Origin: Dictyostelium discoideum
Lineage: Eukaryota
Assembly (NCBI GenBank): GCA_000004695.1
Contig: CM000154.2
Span: forward strand, 4,672,001 to 4,736,000
DNA: 64,000 nucleotides
Direction: 5' to 3'
Shown: piece after piece, positions 25,072 through 37,800 of the stretch
How the letters are laid out: every line of letters begins with the position of its first letter
Numbering within the stretch: the stretch's first letter is position 1
Notes under the pieces: generated by a model
The model's database searches: none
The model's input: the letters and a program-made list of their open reading frames with translations, nothing else
What the model was told of the DNA's origin: nothing
Made by a program: the position numbers and the translations under genes

Positions 25072-26587
25072 TTATTTTTTAATAAACCAAAAACTTAAAC
25101 TGAGCGATGTTGATAAAGATCTAACATAATGAAAATAACCACTTGGCATGAAAAGAATATCACCAGGACCTAAAATACATTCTGTATAATGTTGATTTGC
25201 TATTTTTAATAATGGATATTTTTCAAAATCTGTATCTTCAAAATCAACAAAACTAATATTATTTTGAGCAGTTTTTGAATTTTTAACAAGATTATTGTCA
25301 TCACTATCACCCTGATCTTTCTTTAAATAAAGATTTGAAATTTGATTTTGTGGATAAAGACGAACATATTTATAACCAACGATTTGAGTTAAGAAATTGT
25401 CATAGCTGTCGAAATGTAATGGAGTTATTGTATTACCTGTGCCTAACCAAATATGGGGTGATATTCCCTCTTCTTCAGTTTCATGAACTTTTGCATCACC
25501 TGTAGTTTGTAAAAATAATGGGAATTTAAAATCATCCAATAGTGATGGTAACTGTTCGATTAAACCATGTTGTGCTAAATAAGCAACCTTTGATGATTCT
25601 GTAGCTGTACTATCATTATCTTTACTTGAAGGTATCATATATTCTTCAATGAAATCTTTTAATTTCATTAATTTCTCTGACCAATCAATTGAATTATCAT
25701 TATCATTATTTGCTGTAGTAGTAGTAGTTTGTTGTTGTTGTTGTTGTTTCTTTGTTTTTGAATCTAATTTATTATGACCTAATTCAATTGGTACAATTCT
25801 ATTACCATGATTTGAAAGAAAATAATTTAAGTCTTTCCATTTATTTATACATTCCCAATTATTTGCATCACCTTTAATTATACATGGTGTCATTGTGTTT
25901 AAATGTTGATTTTTAAATATTGAAAATTCATTTAAATAATCACCACCACTACCACTAGCGCCACCATTATTTTTACCACATTCAATTACTTTAATTTCAT
26001 GATTTTTATCTATAATTGGAAATTTTGAAAAATTAACATTTTCATCTAAAATCATTGGTATTGTAGGTGAAGTTGAAGTTGTTGTTGTAGTTTGCTTTTT
26101 TGATAATTCATCCATAATTGGTAATAATAATTCTTTTGGTGCACCCATTATAAAAGATTGATCACAGATTTCTAAAGTTTTAATTAAATCATTTTGAGTG
26201 TACCAATAGGTTATACCTGCTAATTGACCCATAATAAATGATTCTCTTAAACAAATATGTTCCCAACCACCTTGTTTCAATAATTTATTCCATGTTAATT
26301 TATAAATTGATTCATGGATATTCTTTAATTGATTAAATTGTTTTTTATTATACATAAAAAATAATTTCTTTAAATCAACTGATAATTGATTTGCATCTTC
26401 ATTACCCAATGACAATAAATCTTGACATGCTAAAAAAAAATAAAAAAAAAAGAATTAAAATTTAATTTTCATGTTTTTATTTTTTATTTTTTATTTTTTT
26501 TTATTTAAATAAATACAAACTTCTTGTATAACAATTCTTTATTAAATTAAAGATTGGTACTCTATACTCCTCTTTAAATGAATTCAT
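25072..26587 (-). CDS. JmjC-domain protein, JMJD5/KDM8-like 2-oxoglutarate/Fe(II) hydroxylase, 2 exons
   Basis: Exon 2 25072-26429 and a short exon 1 26521-26587 ('MNSFKEEYRVPIFNLIKNCYTR', donor GTTTGT, acceptor TTTAG). Cupin core 'HIWLGTGNTITPLHFDSYDNFLTQIVGYKYVRLYP...YTECILGPGDILFMPSGYFHYVRSLSTSLSLSFWF' aligns with human KDM8 '[34 protein letters not shown]...[33 protein letters not shown]'. Also 'NRIVPIELGH...DWSEKLMKLKDFIEEY' versus KDM8 '[27 protein letters not shown]'. Confidence 0.8.
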
Positions 26588-26616
26588 ATTCGTAATTTTT
26601 TTTTTTTTACAAAACG

Positions 26617-26660
<44 letters not shown>

Positions 26661-26931
26661 CTCGAAAATGAAAAAAAAAGAAATTATATTATAGTCCAAA
26701 AAACATATACATAAATTTCTTTTTTTAAAAAAATATCTTTTTTTTTTTTTATATTCAAAAATAGGTGTTTGGAAATTAAAATGTGTGTATTTAATGTTGA
26801 TTAAATTTTTTTTTTTAATTTTTTTTTTGATTTTTTATTTTTTCTTATAAATACATCATTTTTTTTTTTTTTTTTTTTTTACATTGTTGTATTCTATTAT
26901 ATTTAATTGATAATAAAAAAAAAAAAAAAAA

Positions 26932-27326
26932 ATGGATAATGATATTTTTCCTGAATTAAATAAAATTGAAAATAAAATTGATTATTTGAATAATAGAATG
27001 ACCAATTTAGAAGATTTATTAAGTAACCTTAATGCAATACTTACAAATCTAGAGAATAGATTATCAAAAATAGAAATGAAAATTGGTAATTATTTTATTT
27101 TTATTTAATTATTATTTTTTTATTTTTATTTTTAAAATTAATTAACCTTTTCTATAATTATCCTTTAGATTTGGTTTTATCTCATTGTAAGTAAATTTAT
27201 AAAAATCTTGCTTTTAATCTTTTTTTTTTTTTTTTTTTTTTTAAATTAACTTAATTTTATTACAAAAAAAAGCAATTGAAATTTCAAATCATTTCAACTT
27301 AAACATTGATCAATTGAATGGTGAAT
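26932..27326 (+). CDS. Possible small coiled-coil protein (about 70 aa), 2 exons
   Basis: ATG at 26932. 'MDNDIFPELNKIENKIDYLNNRMTNLEDLLSNLNAILTNLENRLSKIEMKI' (heptad-like), donor GTAATT at 27086. An in-frame join to 27273-27326 ('AIEISNHFNLNIDQLNGE*') after TACAAAAAAAAG is possible. Weak support. Confidence 0.25.
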
Positions 27327-27650
27327 AAACCAAAAAAAAAAAAAAAAAAAAAAAAATAAAAAATGTATTGGATAATAATAAAAATAATAAAAATAAAAAT
27401 AATAATAAAGATAAAAATAGTTTTTAAATTTTTTTTTTTACTTTATTTTGTTAAATATATTTGATGTATTTGAAAAAAATAAGCCACTTTTTAATTTTGA
27501 CAAATAAACCATCACTGACAGCAAAACAGTGTTAAAAAAAAAAAAAATAAAAATATATTTCCAAATCAATTTTTAATTATTTGAATTGGGCCAAAAAAAA
27601 AAAAAAAAAAAAAATAAAAATTTGGATAAAAAAAAAAAAATATATAAAAT

Positions 27651-27681
<31 letters not shown>

Positions 27682-28052
27682 AAAAAAAAAAAATTTGAAA
27701 TTTTTTTTTATTAATTAATTTCAATTAAAAAAAAAAAACAAAAAGTTGTAGTTTTATTTGTATAATATATTTAATTATCTCATTTATTTGTTATTTATTA
27801 TTTTTCTTTATTAATATACATACTTTTATATATTTATGTGTATGTGTACTTTAAACACTTTTAATAATTAAGCAGATAATAAAATAAAAAAAAAAAAAAA
27901 ATTGTAGTTTAAAAAATAATAATATTAAATTTATTGTGATCATCATTGTTATCACCAATATTATAAAAAATAAAAATAAAAATAAAAATAAAATAATTGT
28001 AATTCTTCAAGACCAAATATACATACATAAATAAATAAATAAATAAATTATA

Positions 28053-28092
<40 letters not shown>

Positions 28093-28101
28093 TTTTAGAA
28101 A

Positions 28102-28776
28102 ATGGCAGCACCAAGTAGTAATTATCAACTTTATGGACTTAAAATTGGATTTCCTCCAGGTGGATTAATGAGAAATAAACAAATGAAATTCAATGATTAT
28201 GGTATAACAGTAAAAGAGGCAATTCAAATCATTACAAATAAACAAGGAATGCAAAATCCAGATTCATATACATTACAAATTACATATTCAGATGAACCGT
28301 CATCAATAAATACAAGTAGTGGAAATATTGGTTCAAATAATAATAGTAGTAGTAATACACCTTTAACAGGTTCATTAGGTATGGGACCACCACCACCTTC
28401 TGCATCAATTGGAGGTGGTGGCGGTGGTGGTGATAACGGTATCACCAATAGTGGTAATATTGGAAGTAGTAGTAATAGTGATTTAAAAAAGTCAACATCA
28501 TCTGGTATTGTAAATGTTAATAATAGTAGTAATGCACCAACTAGAAGATTAAAATGGATGGATGATAATGAAAAGTTAATCTCTTATCCATTGGGTGCAC
28601 ATGATGTAGTGATTGAATTAAAAAAGAAATATCAATTAATTAAAGTTTATGATGGTAAACAAACTATGAATTTAATTGTAGATATTACAAAACCATTAAG
28701 CGATTTAATGGATTTGGTATCTTGTAAATTTAAATTAAGATCAACAAGTGATTGTAAATTATTTACATATGGAAAA

Positions 28777-28866
<90 letters not shown>

Positions 28867-30973
28867 TTATAAATTAAATATACATATATAAACTTTTTTT
28901 TTTTTTTTAAAATATATTTTATTAACATTATGTAAAAATAAAAAAAAGAAATTAATTTAAACAGTAATATTAAAAATTTAAATATTGATACATCATTACC
29001 ATTTATTTTAAGAGATAATAATGATCCAAATTCATTATCATTAGAATCAATTCAATGGGATAATGGTAATGGATTTTTTGTTGGTGGTAATGGTGGTATT
29101 GGTGGTATTGGAAGTGATGATGATGCAGATGATATTAATAACAATTTATCTGTACCAGCCAAATCAATCATTAATCCAGTTAGAGAAGGTTATTTAAAGA
29201 AACAAGATAAAAAGAAATCTTGGAAAACAAGATACTTTAAATTAACTGATAAATATTTATATTGGTATAAATCTCCAACTGCTATTAAAGCATCTGGTAT
29301 GATTATTTGTAAAGATTATCATATTAAATTAGCTCCATCAACTCATGTATGTATATTTTATTAATAAAAAATATACATGTATATATATAAAAAAAAGAAC
29401 AATATAATTCTAATTTTTTATTTAGTCAAAAGAAGTTAAATTAGAATTTACACCAAAACATATGATTGCAGGTGCAACAACAATTATTCATTATATTAAA
29501 TTTGAAAATGAACAAGAATTAAAACAATGGACAGTTTTACCAATTGTAATAGAGTCATCAAATGATAGTGGATCAAATAATTCAAATACAAGTGGTGGTA
29601 ATCAATCAATGATTGGTAAGAAAGTATTTGGTGTACCAATTGAAAAGACAGTTAGTGGTAATAATGAAATACCAGCAGTGGTTTTACAAACTATTGATTA
29701 CATAGAGAAGAAAGCAATGGATATTGTTGGTATATTCCGTTTGAGTGGTTCAGTATTGACAATTGAACAGTGGAAAGCAAAATATGATAAGGGTGAAAAG
29801 GTTGATCTCTTTCAAGAGGTTGATCCTCATGCTGTAGCTGGTCTTTTGAAATTGTATCTCAGAGAGTTACCAGACCCATTGTTAACCTATGAAAAGTATG
29901 ATAATTTCATTGCAGCTCAATCAATTGATGATTTCCCATCAAGAATTAAATTAATTAAACATTTGGTGAAATCATTACCACCGGTAAACTATGCGGTTCT
30001 CTCTTATTTAATGGCATTCGTTGGTAAGGTTGCAACTCATTCTGCAGCTAATAAAATGCAAGTTCATAATTTGTCGACTGTGTTTGGTCCAAATCTAATC
30101 AAAGATCGTCAAGATAGTGGTGACTATGGTAACAATGTCCAAGTGTTGGTTGAGGATACACCAATCATTAATGCATTGGCACTTTCACTCATTAGAGATT
30201 ACCAATACATTTTCACCGATAAAGAAATACCAGAACAAAAGATATTGGCAAAGTCACTCTACGAGTATGCTGGTAATGATGATGGTACAACCTCTGAGGA
30301 TGATAAGGATCTTTTGTTCCCAAAGGGTGCAACAATTAAAGTCACTCAACAAGGTACCGATGGTTGGTGGACTGGTGAATATCAAGGTAAACAAGGTAAA
30401 TTCCCAGCTTCCTACGTTGAGTTGTTACCTCATTCACCTTCAACCTTACTTCGTACAAAATCAAATTCAAATCTTACAAAGAAAAAGAAATTCATGTTGG
30501 AGATGGAATCTACTAAAACTAAAAATCAAGAGATCGATAAAAATATCAAACAATTGGAAATCACTAAAAAAGAATTGGAATCAACCATAAACGATTTAGA
30601 GAATGAAAAAGCTGCCCTCGAAAATGATCCAACCATTAAAGCAATGATGAATCTTTTGGCAAATGCTAAAACCAATAAAGATATCGCTATGATTCCAAAG
30701 AATATCGATGTACTTTTCCAAAAGTTTGAAGAATATAAATCAAGTCATGAAGCATTGGCAACTACTAAAACTACTCTCATCGATGAATATGAACAATTTA
30801 ATAATAATCCAAAAAAAAGATTAGATACAAAAGAAAAAGAACAAATTCAACAAAAATATGATAATCTCTCAATAATTATTGATAAATCTCAAAAAATTAG
30901 ATCAAAAAGTATAAATTCAAAGAAAATTATAAATGATGATTTAGTTGAATTAAAGAAAATATTTTCTTTATAA
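28102..30973 (+). CDS. RhoGAP protein with Ras-association-like N-terminus, PH domain, RhoGAP domain, SH3 domain and C-terminal coiled coil; 3 exons
   Basis: Exons about 28102-28777 (donor GTAATAAT...; the (AAT)n tract is intronic), about 29015-29346 (PH: 'VREGYLKKQDKKKSWKTRYFKLTDKYLYWYKSPTAIKASGMIICKDY', donor GTATGT), 29426-30973. RhoGAP 'VGIFRLSGSVLTIEQWKAKYD...LLKLYLRELPDPLLTYE...NKMQVHNLSTVFGPNL'. SH3 'ATIKVTQQGTDGWWTGEYQGKQGKFPASYVELL'. Then heptad repeats. The exon-2 acceptor is tentative. Confidence 0.8.
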
Positions 30974-31365
30974 AAACTTTCGAATAACTTAAAAAAAAAA
31001 ATAAAAAAAAAAATATATATTATTTAATTTAATTTTTTTTTTTTTTTTTTTTAAATATTTATTTGTGACAAAAAAAAATTAAAATATATATTTAAAATTG
31101 ATTTTTATTATTTGAAAAATAAATACAATACAATTAAAATGGATAAACATGACAGTGCCATTACGATCAAATGAAAGATTATGTAATTTCAATGGAAAAA
31201 AAGGGTTTATCAAAAAAATTTTTTTTTTTTTTTTTTTTTAAAATTTTCACAAAAATGAATCCAAATAAGATTATAGATTTAAAGGTATTATTGTTCATTT
31301 TTTTATTTATATTATTATAATATTTTTATAATATTATAAAACATAATATTTTATCTTTTTGTAGC

Positions 31366-32162
31366 ATGTTAAAACTAACCAACAAACTTTTTTACACACA
31401 GATTATTACTGTAGGTAATTATGGCGTAGGGAAAAGCTCAATTTTAAAAAGGTTTCACCAAGTTGACCTTGATGATAATACCACTGGTTTTAAAACAAAA
31501 AAATTTATTATTGATAATCATCATGTTAGTGTTCAGGTATGTATTAGTATAGTACTATCAATATTATTCAATTTAATAAAAAAAAAAAAACAAATAATAA
31601 TAATAATAATAAAAATAATAATAACCAGACATGGGATACAAGTGGACAAGAACGTTTTTGTTCACTGTCTAGTTCATTTTATAGAAATTGTGATGGTGTA
31701 ATTTTATGTTTTAGTGTTGATAATGAAGATTCATTCAAAGCTTTAGATCTTTGGAGAGATGAATTAATAAAGTTTGGTTATTTCCCTGATAGAGTTCCTT
31801 TTATTTTAGTTGGAAATAAATTTGATTTAGAATTTAAGAAACATGTAATCAATAGTAAAATGGCTCAAGATTGGTGTAAATATCAAAAATTAAAATATCA
31901 AGTAGGTGTTAATAAAGAGTTACCCGATATAATATATCATGAAACTTCTATTGAAAAACTTGTATCAATTGATGAAGCATTTATCAACATCTGTAGACAA
32001 GCATTTGAAAATAAAATAAAAATTTCTCTCTCAAAATTAAATAATAATAATAATAATAACGAAGAAAATAATAATAATAATAATAACAATGAAAACAATA
32101 ATTATAATAATGTACCAATTTTTCAAATTGGACAGAAGATACGTTCTTGTTGTTACTATTGA
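31366..32162 (+). CDS. Rab-family small GTPase (divergent), 2 exons
   Basis: Exon 1 31366-31536 ('ITVGNYGVGKSSILKRF...HVSVQ', donor GTATGT), exon 2 31628-32162 ('TWDTSGQERFCSLSSSFYRNCDGVILCFSV...ILVGNKFDLE', C-terminal 'CCYY' = CCXX geranylgeranylation motif). A possible extra 5' micro-exon (MNPNKIIDLK at 31256) does not join in frame. Confidence 0.75.
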
Positions 32163-32548
32163 TAAAAAGAGAGAGAGGAAATAGAGTATTCATAATTTTA
32201 AAGGAATAGATCAAAAACAATCAATTGAATTTGCTTATGGGAATTAGAAATTGAAATTCATTGATTAAATAATTTATAGGTTAATTATTCTAATATAAAA
32301 ATGAAAACACTGACAATTTTCAATTCAATTTGAAGTTAAAAAGAAAATTGATTTACCAATAAATCAATGTTTAAAACTAAAATAATAATAATAATGATTA
32401 AAAAGGAGATTCTCAGGGATTTTAATTTAAAATTGTAAAAAAAATGATAAAACTAAATTTGTAAACAAATAAAAATAAACTATTTATAAAATTTTAAAAT
32501 GATGATATGGTGGTGTTTATTTTTATTTTACTCTTTTTTATTTATTCT

Positions 32549-32668
32549 TTAAGCTATATCTTCTTCTACATCAAAGTAATCATCATCATCATCATCTTCA
32601 TCATCATCATCTTCTTCTTCTTCTTCTTCCATTTCCACTTCTTCAACTTCTTCCTCTTCTTCATCATC

Positions 32669-32749
<81 letters not shown>

Positions 32750-34677
32750 TTCTTCATCATCTTCATCATCATTTAAAAAATCTAATTGATCGAAATCACC
32801 TTGTTCAAGTGCACCATCTTCATTAATTATTAAACCACTTAAATGAGATAATAATGGTGAGAAACTTTCACCATTATTAAATAATTGTTCATCAATTCTT
32901 TGATCTTGTTGTTCTTGAATTTGTTGTTCATTTTCAGAATCAAAATCAGTATCATCGAAAAGGGAAGCTTCATTGATGGTGGCATCATCGAATAATAATT
33001 TCATAAAATCTTTTTCAGACATTTTCAATTTTCTTGTGATTTTTCTAGATTCTAAAAATAATTGTAATTTATATTCAGCTTCAATAGTTTTATTTAAAGA
33101 TTGAAATTCTGATTTATCATCGGACCTATTAATACCTTCGCTTAAATTACTACTATTTGATGGTGGTAAATTGTTTTTATGATAAAATTGAAATAATTTA
33201 TCACCAAATTTATTCATTAAACTTTCCATAGTCACACGTTGAAGATAGGATAATATTTTAATTCCATTATTTGCATTGGTTACAAATGAACTACCACTAC
33301 CACCACCACCACCACCACTACCACCATATGCAGTAGAAGTAGTATTAGCAGATGATGATGATTGTGTATTATTCGATAAATGATCATCATCTTCAATATC
33401 TACGATTTGTGGTGACAAAATGTGAATGTCACTTGAATCAATTGAAGCTACAGCAATTCTAAAATCATTTAAACCACTAATTACTGAATTTCTATTACAA
33501 CTACTTTGATAATGATTATCATTGATATTATTTGCCACCGGTACTAAATGAACTGGAGATTTATGAGATACCACCCTTTTTAATACATTACCACTTTGAG
33601 TATCATAGATATAGACATGTCTATCCTCTGAGCCTGACACAATTTGACGATCGTTATTAATGAAAGAACAACCTACATTGTAGCCCATACATCTATGTTT
33701 TCTATACTCTTTGACAATACCAATGGAAGTGTTTGTTGTTATAACACGACCACTCTCTTTGTTTATCTCTACTTTACTTTCACCATCACCCAATCCTTTA
33801 ACTTTGGTGGCGGGTGAAGAAACCAATAATCTCGTATCCCAAAGTCTGATAGTATTATCACGACCACTCGATAGAATCTGACGGTCATCCATTGTCCAAT
33901 GGAGAACATTTAATTTGTTATGAGCTTGTACGCTGAAAATCGGAGTTTTGAAGCCCTCTCTAAGATCCCACATACGCATAGTACCATAACGTGCACCAGA
34001 TATGAAAACATTGTTATCGAAATGATGAAATTTCATACTGTTTATAGTATTTAAATTGCCAATACTGTCATCGGATGGATGAGCTTTATCTAATCTGAAA
34101 AAGATTTTACCATAATTCATATCCCATCCACAAATGGTCGACGATGCACAACCACTCAATAATATCGAATCATCCATTGTTAACTCCATTGATTTCAACC
34201 AATCATCATGTTCTTTAAGTGTTGTCACCAATTGAAAATTCTTATAAACTTTAATTGTATGATCTAATGAACATGTTAAAAATGAATTAAATGGTGATAT
34301 AATTGATCTCTTATAAGTTGCTTGTGATGTTTTTTGTTTTAAATATCCTTGTATTTCATTATTATTATTATTATTATTATAATTATAATTAAAACCATTA
34401 CTATTATTATTATTATTACTATTACTATTACTATTTATTGAAATTTTTTGTCTTTTATTCATTAATGACCCTATATCATCTTGATTATAATCTTCTCTAA
34501 AATTTCCATAATATTGTTCTTCATTTTCACCATACGCTTTATTAAACCAAATTGCCATTGATACAACTTGTTCATGATCTCTAATATTATATAATAATTC
34601 ACCTGAATTTGGTTCAAATATATCAACTGAATCATCTATTTAAAAATATGTTTCTTATTAATATATAGCTTTTAAAA

Positions 34678-34735
<58 letters not shown>

Positions 34736-35141
34736 TAAATAATGATTACAAACTTGTTGATAAAGCAATATATGAATTATCAGGTGACCATGAAACCCAA
34801 AATGGACATTTTGAAGGATCATACTGTATTATAGAATCTAATCCAATTTGTGATACTAATGTATCATTTAATTTTAAATATTCGCTATTTGTATTTGTAT
34901 TTCTATATGAATTTGTAGTTGTAGTTGTTGTATTTGTTGTTGTTGTATTTGTTGTTGTATTTGTAGTTGTTGAATTATTATTATTATTATTATTATTATT
35001 TACATATTCATTTAATAATTGTATCCTTTTATAGTGACCAAAATGATTTATATGAGCTAATCTAGGATTTGAACCATATAATTCTGATCTTAAAGTGTAT
35101 GCATTCAATAAGTAACTGATATCCTTATCTTTTTCATACAT
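32549..35141 (-). CDS. WD40-repeat protein with about 70-residue poly-Asp/Glu C-terminal tail, 2 exons
   Basis: Exon 1 34754-35141 ('...CPFWVSWSPDNSYIALST', donor GTTTGT) joins in phase to exon 2 32549-34635 (acceptor AAATAG). WD repeats 'HTIKVYKNFQLVTTLKEHDDW', 'GTMRMWDLREG', 'DNTIRLWDTR', 'SGSEDRHVYIYDTQSGN'. The tail is encoded by (GAT/GAA)n at 32560-32790. 825 codons, in frame. Confidence 0.75.
32560..32790 (-). repeat. (GAT/GAA)n trinucleotide tract coding about 70 Asp/Glu residues at the C-terminus of the WD40 protein
   Basis: Plus strand reads (TCA/TCT)n. ORF-track artefacts poly-I (32507-32776) and poly-M (32566-32772) are its other frames. Confidence 0.9.
34679..34732. repeat. (TA)27 dinucleotide microsatellite inside the WD40-gene intron
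   Basis: Direct reading: 'tatatatatatata...'. Confidence 0.95.
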
Positions 35142-35903
35142 TTTTATTTGTTTATATTTATATATATATATTTATACAATGTTTAATTTCTCGTGTGTGT
35201 GGTTTTCAATATGTACTATTTTTTTTTTTTTTTTTTTTTTATTATTTTATATTTTTTATTTTTATTATTTTTTATTATTTTTTATTTATTTTTTTATTTA
35301 TTTTAATTTTTGAAAAAATTTAGTTTTTTCTTTTTTTTTTTTACTTGGTATTTTTGTGTATACATATAAATTTATGAGGAGAAGGAGTGTGCGGATTAAT
35401 TTATTAATAAAAAGGATATTATTTTAAAAAAAATTTTAAAAAACCATCATTTTCTTCCATTTTTTTTTTTTTTTTTAATTTTTTTTTTTTTAATTTTTTT
35501 ATTTTTTAATTTTTAATTTTTTTCATTTTTTCGTTCGTTTAGTCAAAAATGGATTTTATAATTAATTTGGTTAAATAAAAAAATAAATAAAAAAAAAGTT
35601 AAAAATAAAAAATAAAAATAAATAGCAAAAAAACAAAACAAATTACAAAATAAAACAATCAAAACAAAAAAAAAAAACAAAACAAAAAAAAACAAAAATA
35701 TTTAATTATAAAAAAAAAAAAAAAAAAAAAAAATATAAAAAGTAATTTTATTATTTATTGAATATGATATAATTCAGAAAAAAAAAAAAAAAAGTTTAAT
35801 CTCATTTCTGTGATATACCAAATTATGTGAATTGATAAAAAAAGTATAAAATTAGAACACACACTAACACACATGTGAATTAATTATAAAAAACCACTTT
35901 CTG

Positions 35904-35934
<31 letters not shown>

Positions 35935-36085
35935 ATTAAAATACCAAAAAAAAAAAAAAAAAAAAAACCCCCCTATAAAAGCTTTAAAAATCCAAATGAA
36001 TTTTTTCCATTAATTAAAAATAAAATTTAAAAATTTTTAGAAAAATAACCCTTAAAAAATTAATTTAATTAATTGGCTTATTTAA

Positions 36086-36115
<30 letters not shown>

Positions 36116-36116
<1 letters not shown>

Positions 36117-36190
36117 TGATTAAAAAAATTTCAATTATTTTAATCACTCTATTTATTATCCAATTAACTAAATCAGTTTCAGTAAATAAA

Positions 36191-36259
<69 letters not shown>

Positions 36260-36770
36260 TATTTTATTGATCATTATAATTATGATTTAGATATTGATTT
36301 AACTTCTCAACAACAACAGCAATCATCATCATCATCATCTGATGCACCATTAGAACCACCATCATGTGGGGAATTATGTGTTTGTTTATATACAGAATTA
36401 AATTATCAAGGTCTTTCATATGAATATTCAATCTATTCAGGAAAAGTTGATTTACCACCCTCAATTAGAAATAATATTACTTCATTTGTGTCAAAGTATT
36501 TATTTTTATTTTATTTTTATTTTTTATTTATATATTATTTAATTTCATTGGTTTCCAACCAAATTCTATATTAATACTAATAAATTTATTTATTTATTTA
36601 TTTATTTATTTATTTGTAGTGCTGATGTATGTTTTATTACATATGACCCATATGTTACAATACAAATTTATACAGGTGAATTTTTATCAAATTTTGGAAT
36701 TGTTTTTGGTGATATTTTACAAACCTTAGCTCCTGGTTTATGTAAAGATTTACCACCAAATCAATTTTAA
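36116..36770 (+). CDS. Small secreted protein with N-terminal signal peptide, poly-Asn tract and Cys/Tyr-rich domain; 2 exons
   Basis: 'MIKKISIILITLFIIQLTKSVSV' (signal peptide), '...PPSCGELCVCLYTELNYQGLSYEYSIYSGKVDLPPSIRNNITSFVS' (donor GTATTT at 36496), exon 2 36620-36770 'ADVCFITYDPYVTIQIYTGEFLSNFGIVFGDILQTLAPGLCKDLPPNQF*'. An orphan 50-bp fragment of exon 1 occurs at 43845-43895. Confidence 0.5.
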
Positions 36771-36999
36771 TCCTAACAATTGGTTATAACCAATCGTGTG
36801 TTTTGTAAATAAAATAAAAAATAAAAAAAAATAAAAAATATAAAAAAAATAGTGGATGGTATAAGTTAGAAAATAAATAAAATAAAATAAATAAAAAAAT
36901 AAGACCATTCCCAACAATTATATGTTTTCTATTTTTTTTTTTTTTCAGATTTTTTTTTTTTTTCTTTCTTTTTGTAAAAAAAAAAAAAAAAATTACGGA

Positions 37000-37800
37000 T
37001 ATGAATTCATTTAAAGAGTACCAATCTTTAATTTAATAAAGAATTGTTGTACAAGAAGTTAGTGTTATTAATAAAAAATTAAAAAATTAAAAATTAAAAT
37101 TTAATTAATTCTTTTTTTTTTTATTTTTTTTTTTTTATTTTTTTTTTTCAGCATGTCAAGATTTATCATTAGGTAATGAAGATGCAAATCAATTATCAGT
37201 TGATTTAAAGAAATTATTTTTATAAGAAAATCATTTATTATGGGTCAATTAGCAGGTATAACCTATTGGTACACTCAAAATGATTTAATTAAAACTTTAG
37301 AAATCTTTTATAATGGGTGCACCAAAAGAATTATTATTACCAATTATGGATGAATTATCAAAAAAGCAAACTACAACAACAACTACAACTTCACCTTCAA
37401 CTTCACCTACAATACCAATGATTTTAGATGAAAATGTTAATTTTTTAAAATTTCCAATTATAGATAAAAATCATGAAATTAAAGTAATTGAATGTGGTAA
37501 AAATAATGGTGGTGGTGGTGGTGGTAGTGGTGGTGATTATTTAAATGAAATTTCAATATTTAAAAATCAAAATTTAAAAACAATGACACCATGTATAATT
37601 AAAGGTGATACAAATAATTCGGAATGTATAAATAAATGGAAAGACTTAAATTATTTTCTTTCAAATCATGGTAATAGAATTGTACCAATTGAATTAGGTC
37701 ATAATAAATTAGATTCAAAAACAAAGAAACAACAAAAACAACAACAAACTACTACTACTACATCAAATAATGATGATGATGATAATTCAATATTTTTTTT
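37000..37800 (+). pseudogene. Partial, internally deleted duplicate of the JMJD5-like gene (inverted copy of 25590-26590)
   Basis: 37000-37080 is the reverse complement of 26509-26590 (exon 1 'MNSFKE..', with a 10-nt deletion). 37147-37800 encodes 'ACQDLSLGNEDANQLSVDLKKLF' then stops, then 'IMGAPKELLLPIMDELSKKQTTTT...HNKLDSKTKKQQ'. That is collinear with 26415-25660 but lacks about 200 nt in between and the whole catalytic JmjC half. Confidence 0.6.

Noticed and set aside
30117-30590. 157-aa ORF (MVTMVTMSKCW...) inside the RhoGAP gene
   Set aside because: It is an off-frame read of the RhoGAP exon 3 coding sequence. It has no support, and the RhoGAP frame shows clear domain homology.
31256-31290. 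Upstream micro-exon 'MNPNKIIDLK' for the Rab gene
   Set aside because: A GT donor is present (GTATTATT), but joining to the acceptor before 31366 leaves a 1-nt frame error. ATG 31366 gives a normal Rab N-terminus by itself.
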